From the IMG/VR virus record IMGVR_UViG_3300030397_000460, positions 1 to 33,739 of that record: a DNA stretch of 33,739 bases. One strand, 5' to 3'. The translations under genes were made by a program, and so were the position numbers. Of this stretch, positions 24,741 through 31,984 are shown one piece after another. Under the pieces are notes generated by a model. That model was not told the DNA's origin. It saw only the letters and a program-made list of their open reading frames with translations, and made no database searches. Every line of letters starts with the position of its first letter. Position 1 is the first letter of the stretch. The DNA is from a virus (lineage: Duplodnaviria > Caudoviricetes).

Positions 24741-26381
24741 ATGCCTGACGTACGCCTGCCAGACGGTCGAATAATTCGCGATGTCCCGGATGGCATAACA
24801 CAAAGCGAACTGATGGGCCGCCTGGACCGGGCTGATCGTCGTGCCCGTGTTGAGGAGCGCATTGCCAGCAATCCGGCCGAGTTTGACCCCTCCAGCGCGG
24901 AATTTCAGGCCCGCTTTGGACCAACCAGCGCCAGTTCACGCTTTGAGAATTTCCTTGCAGGGGCAGGCAAAGCCGCGATTGATACCGCGCGTGGCTTTCG
25001 CCAGTTGCTGGGCTCCGACACGGTACAGGCCGAGATTGACGAATCCCGCAGGCTTGATGAGCCGCTTTTGAATACCACCTCGGGGCTTGTTGGTAACATC
25101 ACCGGCAATGTGGGTATTGCGCTGGCGCCGGGCGCCATTGCGACCCGAGCACCGGGTGCTGCAACGCGCTTGTCACAGACCATCCAGGCCCTGTCTAACC
25201 CCAACACGGTCAGGACGGCCGCAGCCTCAGGCGCGGCGCTGGGTGCTGTGCAGCCGGTCGCCACCGATGAATCCAGATCCTTTAATGTCGGCGCTGGTCT
25301 GGTTGGTGGTGCGGTTGGCCAGAGATTGGCCCGGCCCATTGCAAATCGCTTGTCGCAGGCGGGCAATGATGCGGTTGAACTTCTGAGAAATGCCGGTGTG
25401 CCGCTTGATGCGGCGCAGCGCAGTGGAAGCCGTGCGCTCGAGGTATCACGAGCCCTGCTTGATGACAGCATATTCACCGCGGGCGGCCAGGAGGCTTTTG
25501 GCGAGGCACAGGCCCGCGGCTTTACCCGCGCTGTGTTGCGCACTATCGGTGAGGATGCCGATCAGGCCACGCCCGCTGTACTCAGGAGGGCCAGAAATCG
25601 CATCGGGCGGGTATTTGATGAAATCGCCGAGACCAGCCCGCCGCGGTTTGATCAGGAGCTTATGGGTCAGTTGGTAGAGATTGGCCAGACAGCAAGGCGC
25701 GCATTGACGGCTGCCGATCAGCGGGTATTGGCCAGGAACTTGCGCGATATTGTCGAGGCCAACCAGGGCGGATTTATTAACGGCAATCGGTTTAACCGTA
25801 TTCGCTCGAATCTCGGCAGGCTGACCACCCGCCCGGATATTGGCGAATTTGCAGGCATGGCACAGGATGCACTGGTTGGTGCATTGCGGCGCAGTTCCCC
25901 AGCGCAGGCTGACGCGCTTGATGTGGCAGTCCAGCAGTTTCGCAACTTGAGAAACGTCCAGAGCGCCATCGATAAGGGATCAGATCGCTTTATCAATCCA
26001 TTACGCCTGTCAAACGCTTTGCAAAACAAGCGCAATCAAAATCTGAGCCTGTTTGGTCTGGGCGGTGAGCTAAACCTCGAGCTTGCAGACCTTGCCCGCG
26101 CGGGTCGTGAGGTCTTGCCAGATGCGATTGGCAATTCAGGGACTGCCGCCAGGCAACAGCAATTGTCCAGGAGCCTGCTTGATGTGGGCGTTGGTGCACT
26201 GGCTTTACCATTGGGTGGCCAGAGCCTTTTGAACAGCCAGCGGGTTGCAGGGCGTTTGCTCACCGGTGAATTACCGGGCCTTGCTGGTGCGGTTGCCAGA
26301 CAAGCGCCATCGGCACAGGGGCGCAATATTCAGTCGCAGATATTTGAGCGCGACTTTGATTTTGAGCCACCCTTGCAGTGA
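24741..26381 (+). CDS. Ejection / DNA transfer protein 3 (P22 gp16-like position)
   Basis: MPDVRLPDG.II.DVPDG.T N-terminus, Gly/Ala-rich membrane-like stretches, and the NSGTA.R motif near the C-terminus. Confidence 0.72.
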   Translation: MPDVRLPDGRIIRDVPDGITQSELMGRLDRADRRARVEERIASNPAEFDPSSAEFQARFGPTSASSRFENFLAGAGKAAIDTARGFRQLLGSDTVQAEIDESRRLDEPLLNTTSGLVGNITGNVGIALAPGAIATRAPGAATRLSQTIQALSNPNTVRTAAASGAALGAVQPVATDESRSFNVGAGLVGGAVGQRLARPIANRLSQAGNDAVELLRNAGVPLDAAQRSGSRALEVSRALLDDSIFTAGGQEAFGEAQARGFTRAVLRTIGEDADQATPAVLRRARNRIGRVFDEIAETSPPRFDQELMGQLVEIGQTARRALTAADQRVLARNLRDIVEANQGGFINGNRFNRIRSNLGRLTTRPDIGEFAGMAQDALVGALRRSSPAQADALDVAVQQFRNLRNVQSAIDKGSDRFINPLRLSNALQNKRNQNLSLFGLGGELNLELADLARAGREVLPDAIGNSGTAARQQQLSRSLLDVGVGALALPLGGQSLLNSQRVAGRLLTGELPGLAGAVARQAPSAQGRNIQSQIFERDFDFEPPLQ

Positions 26382-26797
26382 CCCGGCAGACCAGAACCAG
26401 GATTGATCAAAACCGGGGCCGACCGATCGATGCCCGCACCTTTGAGCAATCCTCAGATCCACTGAAGTTTGCCATTCGGCATCGCAATATCAGTTCCGCC
26501 TCTGGCGTGTTGACGCTGGACTTGGCACAGGCCAATAGCTTTACCTGCACCCTGACCGAGAACATCACCAGCATTGATGTCAATGGCCCGATGCGCACCG
26601 ACCAGTTTTGGTTTTTCTATCTTGAGCTGATCCAGGAGGCCACAGCCCGCACCGTGACATGGCCAGCGGCTTTTCTATTCCCCGGCGGGACCGATCATGT
26701 GATGTCCACCGGCAATGCCGATATTGACAGCATTTTTGGATATAGCCTTGATGGCGGTAGTAATTGGCGCTGTCGCTTTGAAACCAATTACGCATGA
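26378..26797 (+). CDS. Short tail-fibre-associated beta-sandwich protein (139 aa)
   Basis: LTLDL..ANSF..TLT.NIT...L.L.Q....RTVTWP....PGG.......D....S.DGG.NW domain common in phage fibres. Confidence 0.65.
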   Translation: MTRQTRTRIDQNRGRPIDARTFEQSSDPLKFAIRHRNISSASGVLTLDLAQANSFTCTLTENITSIDVNGPMRTDQFWFFYLELIQEATARTVTWPAAFLFPGGTDHVMSTGNADIDSIFGYSLDGGSNWRCRFETNYA

Positions 26798-27216
26798 AAG
26801 TACGCAGAACAACGGATTTTATTGTTGTGCATTGTTCGGCCACGAAGCCGACTCAGGATATAGGGGCGGCCGAAATTCGTCGATGGCATGTTGAGGATCG
26901 TGAGTTTAGCGACATTGGCTATAATCAAGTAATAAGACGGTCTGGTGCAATTGAGCTTGGCCGACCGCTGCATCTGGCAGGTGCTCATGCCAAAGGTTTT
27001 AATGCTGTCTCGGTATCAGTTTGTTTGGTTGGTGGCATAAATCCGAATGGCAGACCTGAGAACAATTTCACTGATGATCAGTTTGAATCGCTTCACAAGA
27101 CGCTAGAATATTGGTCTTGTATATATCCAGCGGCTACTATACTTGGCCATAGAGATTTACCAGACGTTACAAAAGATTGTCCATGTTTTGATGTGAGGGA
27201 ATGGCTGGATGGATAA
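26794..27216 (+). CDS. Endolysin, N-acetylmuramoyl-L-alanine amidase (T7 lysozyme-like)
   Basis: IVVHCSAT, DIGY..VI.R.G..E.GR....GAHAKGFN, GHRDL and KDCPCFDV (Zn ligands His/His/Cys). Confidence 0.93.
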   Translation: MKVRRTTDFIVVHCSATKPTQDIGAAEIRRWHVEDREFSDIGYNQVIRRSGAIELGRPLHLAGAHAKGFNAVSVSVCLVGGINPNGRPENNFTDDQFESLHKTLEYWSCIYPAATILGHRDLPDVTKDCPCFDVREWLDG

Positions 27217-27352
27217 AGCTGAGATTAAGGACAGACTAAGCAAGCTAAAACCCCGCCTGGAAAAACTTTGGGGCAAATACCCGTTGGTCGCGCTGACCTA
27301 TTTCCTTGCAGGGGCATTGGCCGGCGTCGGTCTTTGTTTGGTGCTGTCATGA
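27209..27352 (+). CDS. Small membrane protein (47 aa; not in the ORF track)
   Basis: MDKAEIKDRLSKLKPRLEKLWGKYPLVALTYFLAGALAGVGLCLVLS; overlaps the amidase stop and is ATGA-coupled downstream. Confidence 0.6.
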   Translation: MDKAEIKDRLSKLKPRLEKLWGKYPLVALTYFLAGALAGVGLCLVLS

Positions 27353-27603
27353 TTGGTGAGGTTCCACCGGACTTTCCAAAGATTTACTGGTTGGCTTGGT
27401 TGATCATTGGCTTTGGTGCAATGGAGGCTTGGGCGGTCTATACCGGGCGCGTTGAGTGGACTTTTTCATATACGGTTTGGTGGCTGCTTGGCACAGGTGA
27501 GGAAACCAGGGAATGGTTTCGGTGGATTGCCCGCGCAGGTGTTGCGGTCTTGTTTGCGTGGCTAATTCCGCACTTTTTCACGGGATGGGAATGGTTCCGG
27601 TGA
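27349..27603 (+). CDS. Trp-rich membrane protein (84 aa), holin candidate
   Basis: Two hydrophobic segments; coupled at both ends. Confidence 0.55.
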   Translation: MIGEVPPDFPKIYWLAWLIIGFGAMEAWAVYTGRVEWTFSYTVWWLLGTGEETREWFRWIARAGVAVLFAWLIPHFFTGWEWFR

Positions 27604-27785
27604 GTTCATTTGGCCAGTGGGGCTCTGCTGACGTTCATTCTCGATACATAGAGAAGGTGCCAAGCAAAAGCAGGCGGCGATGCAATTGTGGTTGTAAGCA
27701 AAGGGCCACCCACATGGGCATGGCAAATGGTGTTTGCTTGATTAAAGGGTGTAGTTTGTCCATACGGAGGTGGTCCAAACAATGA
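27600..27785 (+). CDS. Small Cys-rich basic protein (61 aa)
   Basis: GTG start overlapping the upstream stop; CNCGC...H...C...C; ATGA-coupled downstream. Confidence 0.5.
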   Translation: MSSFGQWGSADVHSRYIEKVPSKSRRRCNCGCKQRATHMGMANGVCLIKGCSLSIRRWSKQ

Positions 27786-28060
27786 AATACGCAAGTGCAG
27801 AATGGATTAACGAACACCGGGTATTTCCGCGGATATTCGTGGCGTCGTATCTGTGGTTTTACGGCTATGTGCTGATTCAGGTCTTTGACTGGTTCGTACA
27901 GTACGATTTCAACAATCTGCCCAGCGACCAGATCATCGGTGCCGCAGCCGTTGCCGGTGTGGTGGCGTTTCCGGGATTGATCCTGACCACCATGTCAAAC
28001 ACCCTGAAACAAATCCTGTCCAGCTATTGGAACGGAACGCCAAAGAGTGCTGATCAGTGA
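27782..28060 (+). CDS. Two-TM membrane protein, holin-like
   Basis: RVFPRIF...Y.W followed by two hydrophobic segments; immediately upstream of the spanins. Confidence 0.55.
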   Translation: MKYASAEWINEHRVFPRIFVASYLWFYGYVLIQVFDWFVQYDFNNLPSDQIIGAAAVAGVVAFPGLILTTMSNTLKQILSSYWNGTPKSADQ

Positions 28061-28653
28061 ATAACCTCCTCATCGGCGGGACAGTCACTGGCTGGATTGG
28101 GTGTATCTTATGTTTTAGCTTGTGGCAGGAATCCAAAGAGGATCTGGCCGCAGAAGTGGAGCGATGCAATGCCGACAAACTGGCTTCGATCACGCAGGCG
28201 CAAGATGAAACACGAATCGCCTTGCAGCGAATCCATGACAACGAACTCGCCCAGATTGAGCGGAACATTACACTTGCCCAGCAAGCCCGAGACACTGCCC
28301 AGGCTGCCGCGGATCAAGCGGAATCCTTACTTGCAGGACAGGCGGCGCGGATAACCCAGCTAGAACTGGAGGCCAACATCGATGAAATACCCAGCTATGC
28401 TGATTGTTCTATTGTCTATATTCCTCGGAGCGTGTTGTACGCCGAGGGTTGTCACGCAGACGGAAGTGGTGACGGAAACGATTACCGAGTTTGTGTCGGT
28501 GCCTCCGGACTTAACCCGGCCGATTCCGCCTTCACCAATATTACCATCGGTGACGCCCACAGACTCTGGACCAGAGACCGGGCAGCATTAGGCGCCTGCA
28601 ATGGACGGCTTGACGGCATAAGGAACTTAACGGGTGAAGAACATCCTCGCTAA
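28057..28653 (+). CDS. Inner-membrane spanin (Rz-like); as sequenced it runs on into an o-spanin-like C-terminus
   Basis: N-terminal TM segment, long Ala/Gln coiled coil, and an embedded lipoprotein ORF in the +1 frame. Confidence 0.7.
   Translation: MNNLLIGGTVTGWIGCILCFSLWQESKEDLAAEVERCNADKLASITQAQDETRIALQRIHDNELAQIERNITLAQQARDTAQAAADQAESLLAGQAARITQLELEANIDEIPSYADCSIVYIPRSVLYAEGCHADGSGDGNDYRVCVGASGLNPADSAFTNITIGDAHRLWTRDRAALGACNGRLDGIRNLTGEEHPR
28382..28591 (+). CDS. Outer-membrane spanin lipoprotein (Rz1-like), probably frameshifted
   Basis: GGAGG RBS; MKYPAMLIVLLSIFLGAC lipobox; Pro-rich VSVPPDLTRPIPP. Confidence 0.7.
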   Translation: MKYPAMLIVLLSIFLGACCTPRVVTQTEVVTETITEFVSVPPDLTRPIPPSPILPSVTPTDSGPETGQH

Positions 28654-28939
28654 AGCCTCAATTCCGACCGTGGCCGCGGTTATTGGCATCTGGTACACGC
28701 TGGACCCGTGGCCAAAGGTGGGCTGGATTACCCCAAACCAGCATCAGGCGGCGTATGAGGTCACCCAGGAGGCCGTCAAGGACTTCAGGGATGAATGGCG
28801 CTGTGACGAGTATGAGGAGGAATTGCTCGACCTCAGGCTGGCCCAAGCTGCCGGCGATACCTCCGAGGAAACCAAGCGCAAGATCGAAATTTTGCTGGCC
28901 AAAATCGACAAATTGAATTGCCATCGATTTGACGATTAA
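28634..28939 (+). CDS. Membrane-anchored helical protein (101 aa)
   Basis: Hydrophobic N-terminus, two Cys, coiled-coil C-terminus. Confidence 0.55.
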   Translation: MKNILAKASIPTVAAVIGIWYTLDPWPKVGWITPNQHQAAYEVTQEAVKDFRDEWRCDEYEEELLDLRLAQAAGDTSEETKRKIEILLAKIDKLNCHRFDD

Positions 28940-28940
28940 G

Positions 28941-29015
28941 TGTTAAAATCGGGCGAACGGTGAGGTTCAGTCACCGCCCACCACTTCCATAAATGCTAAA
29001 TAGGAGCTAGCAAAT
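28941..29015 (+). promoter_or_regulatory. Putative extended -10 promoter, leader hairpin and RBS for the HNH-AP2 gene
   Basis: TGTTAAAAT (28941-28949), then the inverted repeat CGGTGA-ggttcag-TCACCG extended by GGGC/GCCC, then AGGAG. Confidence 0.4.
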
Positions 29016-29543
29016 ATGGCGAAAAGACAATTTAGAAAATCCCCACAGGTTTGGCAAATCATGGGTGATGTTGCAACGATTGAAATCGTTCGCCGAAATG
29101 GTGAGAAACACACTGTTTATGCATCACGGCCAGATGTCTCTAAACTCGAAAAATATCGATGGCATATATGTGGCAAAGGTTATGCGTGGACCACTTGGGC
29201 TAGAAAAGACAAAATAGTATCCATGCACTCAATAGTTCTGGGTCGTGGTTGGCTTGATCACATCAACGGCAATAGATTAGATAACACACGCCAAAACCTT
29301 AGAAAAGCTACTCAAGCGCAAAACATGCGAAACAAAAAGCCGCATAGGGGCAAAAGAAGTAAGTATAAAGGCGTTTTTATTAGACGATACGGGAGAACAA
29401 GGGCAAGAATCGGTGTAAACGGTAAATTATTAGATTTGGGTGGTTTTGATTCAGAGAAAGAAGCGGCCCGGGCCTATGATATAGCAGCCGAAAAATTTCA
29501 TGGTGAGTTTGCACTTACAAACAAAATGTTAGGCTTGATATAG
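29016..29543 (+). CDS. HNH-AP2 homing endonuclease
   Basis: MH..V.....LDHINGNRLDN.R.NLR.AT..QN..N followed by the AP2 motif SKYKGV...ARI...LG.FD.E.EAARAYD.AA...HGEFA; AT-rich. Confidence 0.92.
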   Translation: MAKRQFRKSPQVWQIMGDVATIEIVRRNGEKHTVYASRPDVSKLEKYRWHICGKGYAWTTWARKDKIVSMHSIVLGRGWLDHINGNRLDNTRQNLRKATQAQNMRNKKPHRGKRSKYKGVFIRRYGRTRARIGVNGKLLDLGGFDSEKEAARAYDIAAEKFHGEFALTNKMLGLI

Positions 29544-29608
29544 CTCATTATGGGAAAAATGGCACAATCGGAATGTGCTAATGTTCGAAAAACTACGGAT
29601 GGTTTATC

Positions 29609-29911
29609 ATGGCGCTTGAGGTCGGATGGTCAACGGTTGCAAAATGGGGCGCTGGGGTCATTGCCTCAATAACTGCTCTGTACGCCGGCCTCCTGAATCG
29701 TTGGTACAATGATCGACTGGCACAAGTGGACAGAAAACTCTCTGAACAGGATAAGGTTTTGACCAATCATTCTGAAAGACTGAGTGAGCATGAAACGACG
29801 ATGGCCACAATTACGGCGCACATCGAACATGCTGACGAGCATCGTCAAGACACCAAAGACCGCCTAGCCCGGATTGATGAAAAGCTAGACAAACTCATTG
29901 CCGAACGATGA
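29609..29911 (+). CDS. Single-TM coiled-coil protein (holin/XhlA-like architecture)
   Basis: N-terminal hydrophobic helix; C-terminus RLARIDEKLDKLIAER. Confidence 0.55.
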   Translation: MALEVGWSTVAKWGAGVIASITALYAGLLNRWYNDRLAQVDRKLSEQDKVLTNHSERLSEHETTMATITAHIEHADEHRQDTKDRLARIDEKLDKLIAER

Positions 29912-30119
29912 AATAAACTCTGCCTGGGCCAGAAACTGGCAACGCGCCAAACGAACCGCGGTTGAATATCTGGCGGTATTTATCTCCACGATTGGATTTA
30001 TATTTGGCGTTCTCGGTCTAATGGTTGGAATGGTGGCGGCATGGATTGCATGGGACGCTAACCAACAGGCCAAAGTAGTTCAGCTACAATTGCAGCATCA
30101 TATGGAGGGACACCAATGA
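29898..30119 (+). CDS. Small membrane protein (73 aa)
   Basis: Central ~28-aa hydrophobic stretch; overlaps both neighbours. Confidence 0.5.
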   Translation: MPNDEINSAWARNWQRAKRTAVEYLAVFISTIGFIFGVLGLMVGMVAAWIAWDANQQAKVVQLQLQHHMEGHQ

Positions 30120-30316
30120 GCGGCAGACCCTGCAAGGCAGCCATCGATTGCACCGGATTTATCTATCAGCTTGATCGCGTGATTGATCTAATCCTGACCG
30201 GGCACATCACCGATCCCGGGGCGATTGACGAGTTCAACGAGCTAAAAGAAAAAATGCAAAAGAAACTCGACAAGTGGATTGAGAAAAACGTCGATTTTAG
30301 TGAGACACAGCCATAA
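30116..30316 (+). CDS. Hypothetical protein (66 aa)
   Basis: GGAGG RBS, ATGA-coupled; last + strand gene before the convergent block. Confidence 0.55.
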   Translation: MSGRPCKAAIDCTGFIYQLDRVIDLILTGHITDPGAIDEFNELKEKMQKKLDKWIEKNVDFSETQP

Positions 30317-30410
30317 TCAGCGTATAAAGCCATAAGGCGCACCAAAAACTAAAACCAGCGCCAGCTATGAATATTAGCCAGCACCACCAACAAATTGGCT
30401 CGCGGCTCAT
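30297..30410 (-). CDS. Small hydrophobic peptide (37 aa; not in the ORF track)
   Basis: MSREPICWWCWLIFIAGAGFSFWCALWLYTLIMAVSH; ATGA-coupled to 30407. Confidence 0.45.
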   Translation of the reverse strand: MSREPICWWCWLIFIAGAGFSFWCALWLYTLIMAVSH

Positions 30411-31105
30411 TTAGCGTTGACCGCTTCTTTCATGCGCGCCTCACGCAACGCCTCACGCAGGTTTTCCCGTTCTTGCTGCAAGCTGCGAATGGTGTTTTGC
30501 ATATGTGAGTAGTTGCGCTGGAATTCCTCGTTATCGACTTTCAGCATTGCCATCTGGCGATGGTAGTCATTCGAGGCGGTGCAGCCTGGATTGTCCTCAC
30601 CGGCCTGCGGCATGTTGCAGATCGCATACACCGCAGCATCGCGCAAGCCCACTTGATAGGCCATCCGTGCCCATTCGAGTTTCTGACAGACCTCGTCCAC
30701 ATAAGACTTGCCCGCTGACAGGCTGGCACCGGTAATGGATAGGCCACCATCGACCACGCCCATGCAGGGTGCGCTTGGATACAGGCTGCCCCGACCCACT
30801 GCCACAGTGCGATCAATATCGATGTCATCGGGCGCTGTGAAGTTCACAATCGCGGATGATTGATTGTGATTTTCATTCTCGGATTGCGCCAGTGCGCTTG
30901 AGAAGGCATTCGACTCTGACCGGGCGTTAGCCTCTGCATTGGCCTCAGATGAGCGGTCATAAATATTATCTTTGTTGATGATTACCTTTTGCGGCCCTTT
31001 GTCTGGTGGTGTGGCATGTGCCCGTTCCATCACCAGCATGGTCCCGAGAACGCCGACCACAAAAACTGCAATCATCCAAAGTTTGTCTCTCATTCGTTGT
31101 GTCAT
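30407..31105 (-). CDS. Secreted or membrane-anchored Cys-containing protein with a C-terminal coiled coil (232 aa)
   Basis: AGGGGA RBS; signal-like LWMIAVFVVGVLGTMLVMERAHA; APCMG...G.S.G.S..D..C..LE.AR.....G...AAV...C motif. Confidence 0.7.
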   Translation of the reverse strand: MTQRMRDKLWMIAVFVVGVLGTMLVMERAHATPPDKGPQKVIINKDNIYDRSSEANAEANARSESNAFSSALAQSENENHNQSSAIVNFTAPDDIDIDRTVAVGRGSLYPSAPCMGVVDGGLSITGASLSAGKSYVDEVCQKLEWARMAYQVGLRDAAVYAICNMPQAGEDNPGCTASNDYHRQMAMLKVDNEEFQRNYSHMQNTIRSLQQERENLREALREARMKEAVNAK

Positions 31106-31181
31106 GGTTTTTCCCCTGTTAAGTGCGCGCCCCTGCATTGATTCAATTGACCATGAAAGTCCCCATTATGCAGGAACGCGC

Positions 31182-31514
31182 TTAATTTTGGTTCTGTCTG
31201 TCGGGGGCGGAGTAGTGCTTTAGTTTAATTTGGTTCAAAAGCCCATAAATAGTGCCCAGGTGGCGCCAAATGCCGTCCATACCTATGTCCTTACATGCAG
31301 TTCGTAGCTTGTCCGTGTGATACATGGCATTTGAAATATCTACTGCCATCTTTTCATCTTCTGTCATTTCTCTAGAAAACATCCAGTTACTAGCGGCAGT
31401 TTGCCAGTAATTTTCTTGATCTATCTGAACCGCATAAGCTTGATGACAGTCTGCTCTTTGGCACTCATGATCGCTTTTAGTGTTAGCCCCACATTTCGAG
31501 CAATACCACTGCAT
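31182..31514 (-). CDS. Hypothetical protein with an N-terminal CxxC motif (110 aa)
   Basis: ATG 31514 overlaps the upstream TGA; begins MQWYCSKCG. Confidence 0.5.
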   Translation of the reverse strand: MQWYCSKCGANTKSDHECQRADCHQAYAVQIDQENYWQTAASNWMFSREMTEDEKMAVDISNAMYHTDKLRTACKDIGMDGIWRHLGTIYGLLNQIKLKHYSAPDRQNQN

Positions 31515-31681
31515 CAGCTTTCTGGCCCGATAACGACCAAAAACGCAAAGCACAGGCTGAGCCACCAAATAGGAATAGAAATCCACCCCCATTCTAAGAA
31601 TGAGGCGATAAAGCACATGGGGACAATAACAATCATCATTCCCCAAACAGCGACAAAGACAGTGCCTTCCATCAGCTTTCT
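31512..31681. repeat. 12-bp direct repeat CATCAGCTTTCT at 31512-31523 and 31670-31681
   Basis: Exact match read from the sequence; brackets one small ORF. Confidence 0.8.
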
Positions 31682-31687
31682 TAGCAT
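31514..31687 (-). CDS. Small two-TM membrane protein (57 aa, or 52 aa from 31672; not in the ORF track)
   Basis: MLRKLMEGTVFVAVWGMMIVIVPMCFIASFLEWGWISIPIWWLSLCFAFLVVIGPES. Confidence 0.5.
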   Translation of the reverse strand: MLRKLMEGTVFVAVWGMMIVIVPMCFIASFLEWGWISIPIWWLSLCFAFLVVIGPES

Positions 31688-31700
31688 TGTTCCCGCCCGC

Positions 31701-31907
31701 TCAAGGCAGTAACCAAGCTATAGCAACGCAAAGAATCCCGCCGACAAAGAGAATTACTAGAAGCCCACGGGCCTCGTTCTGTTCCCTCTGTCTTTCAATT
31801 CGTGCCTTGTGCGCTCTGATGGCTTCAATGTCGCCTCTCTTAAACACGATTCTGCTCCCGTAAGGCGGCTTTACTGTGAGCCTTCTGGAAACATATCGTT
31901 TCCACAT
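31701..31907 (-). CDS. Small protein with a C-terminal TM segment
   Basis: Charged helix followed by GLLVILFVGGILCVAIAWLLP; start uncertain. Confidence 0.45.
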   Translation of the reverse strand: MWKRYVSRRLTVKPPYGSRIVFKRGDIEAIRAHKARIERQREQNEARGLLVILFVGGILCVAIAWLLP

Positions 31908-31984
31908 CTTGGGCACCTGAGAATGCAACACGGAGTTTCAAACCATTCTCGCCAACCGCACATCCAGCATATATATTCAGTCAT
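31871..31984 (-). CDS. Zinc-ribbon microprotein (37 aa; not in the ORF track)
   Basis: MTEYICWMCG...RCPRCGNDM (two CxxC); start overlaps the upstream gene's end. Confidence 0.5.
   Translation of the reverse strand: MTEYICWMCGWREWFETPCCILRCPRCGNDMFPEGSQ

Noticed and set aside
128-26598. Many long antisense and alternate-frame ORFs (e.g. 8787-9443, 24905-25543)
   Set aside because: They are shadows of GC-rich coding genes, with no RBS, coupling or recognisable motifs.
30297-30410. Terminator at the convergence of the two transcription units
   Set aside because: No convincing hairpin plus U-tract is visible; the converging ORFs simply overlap.
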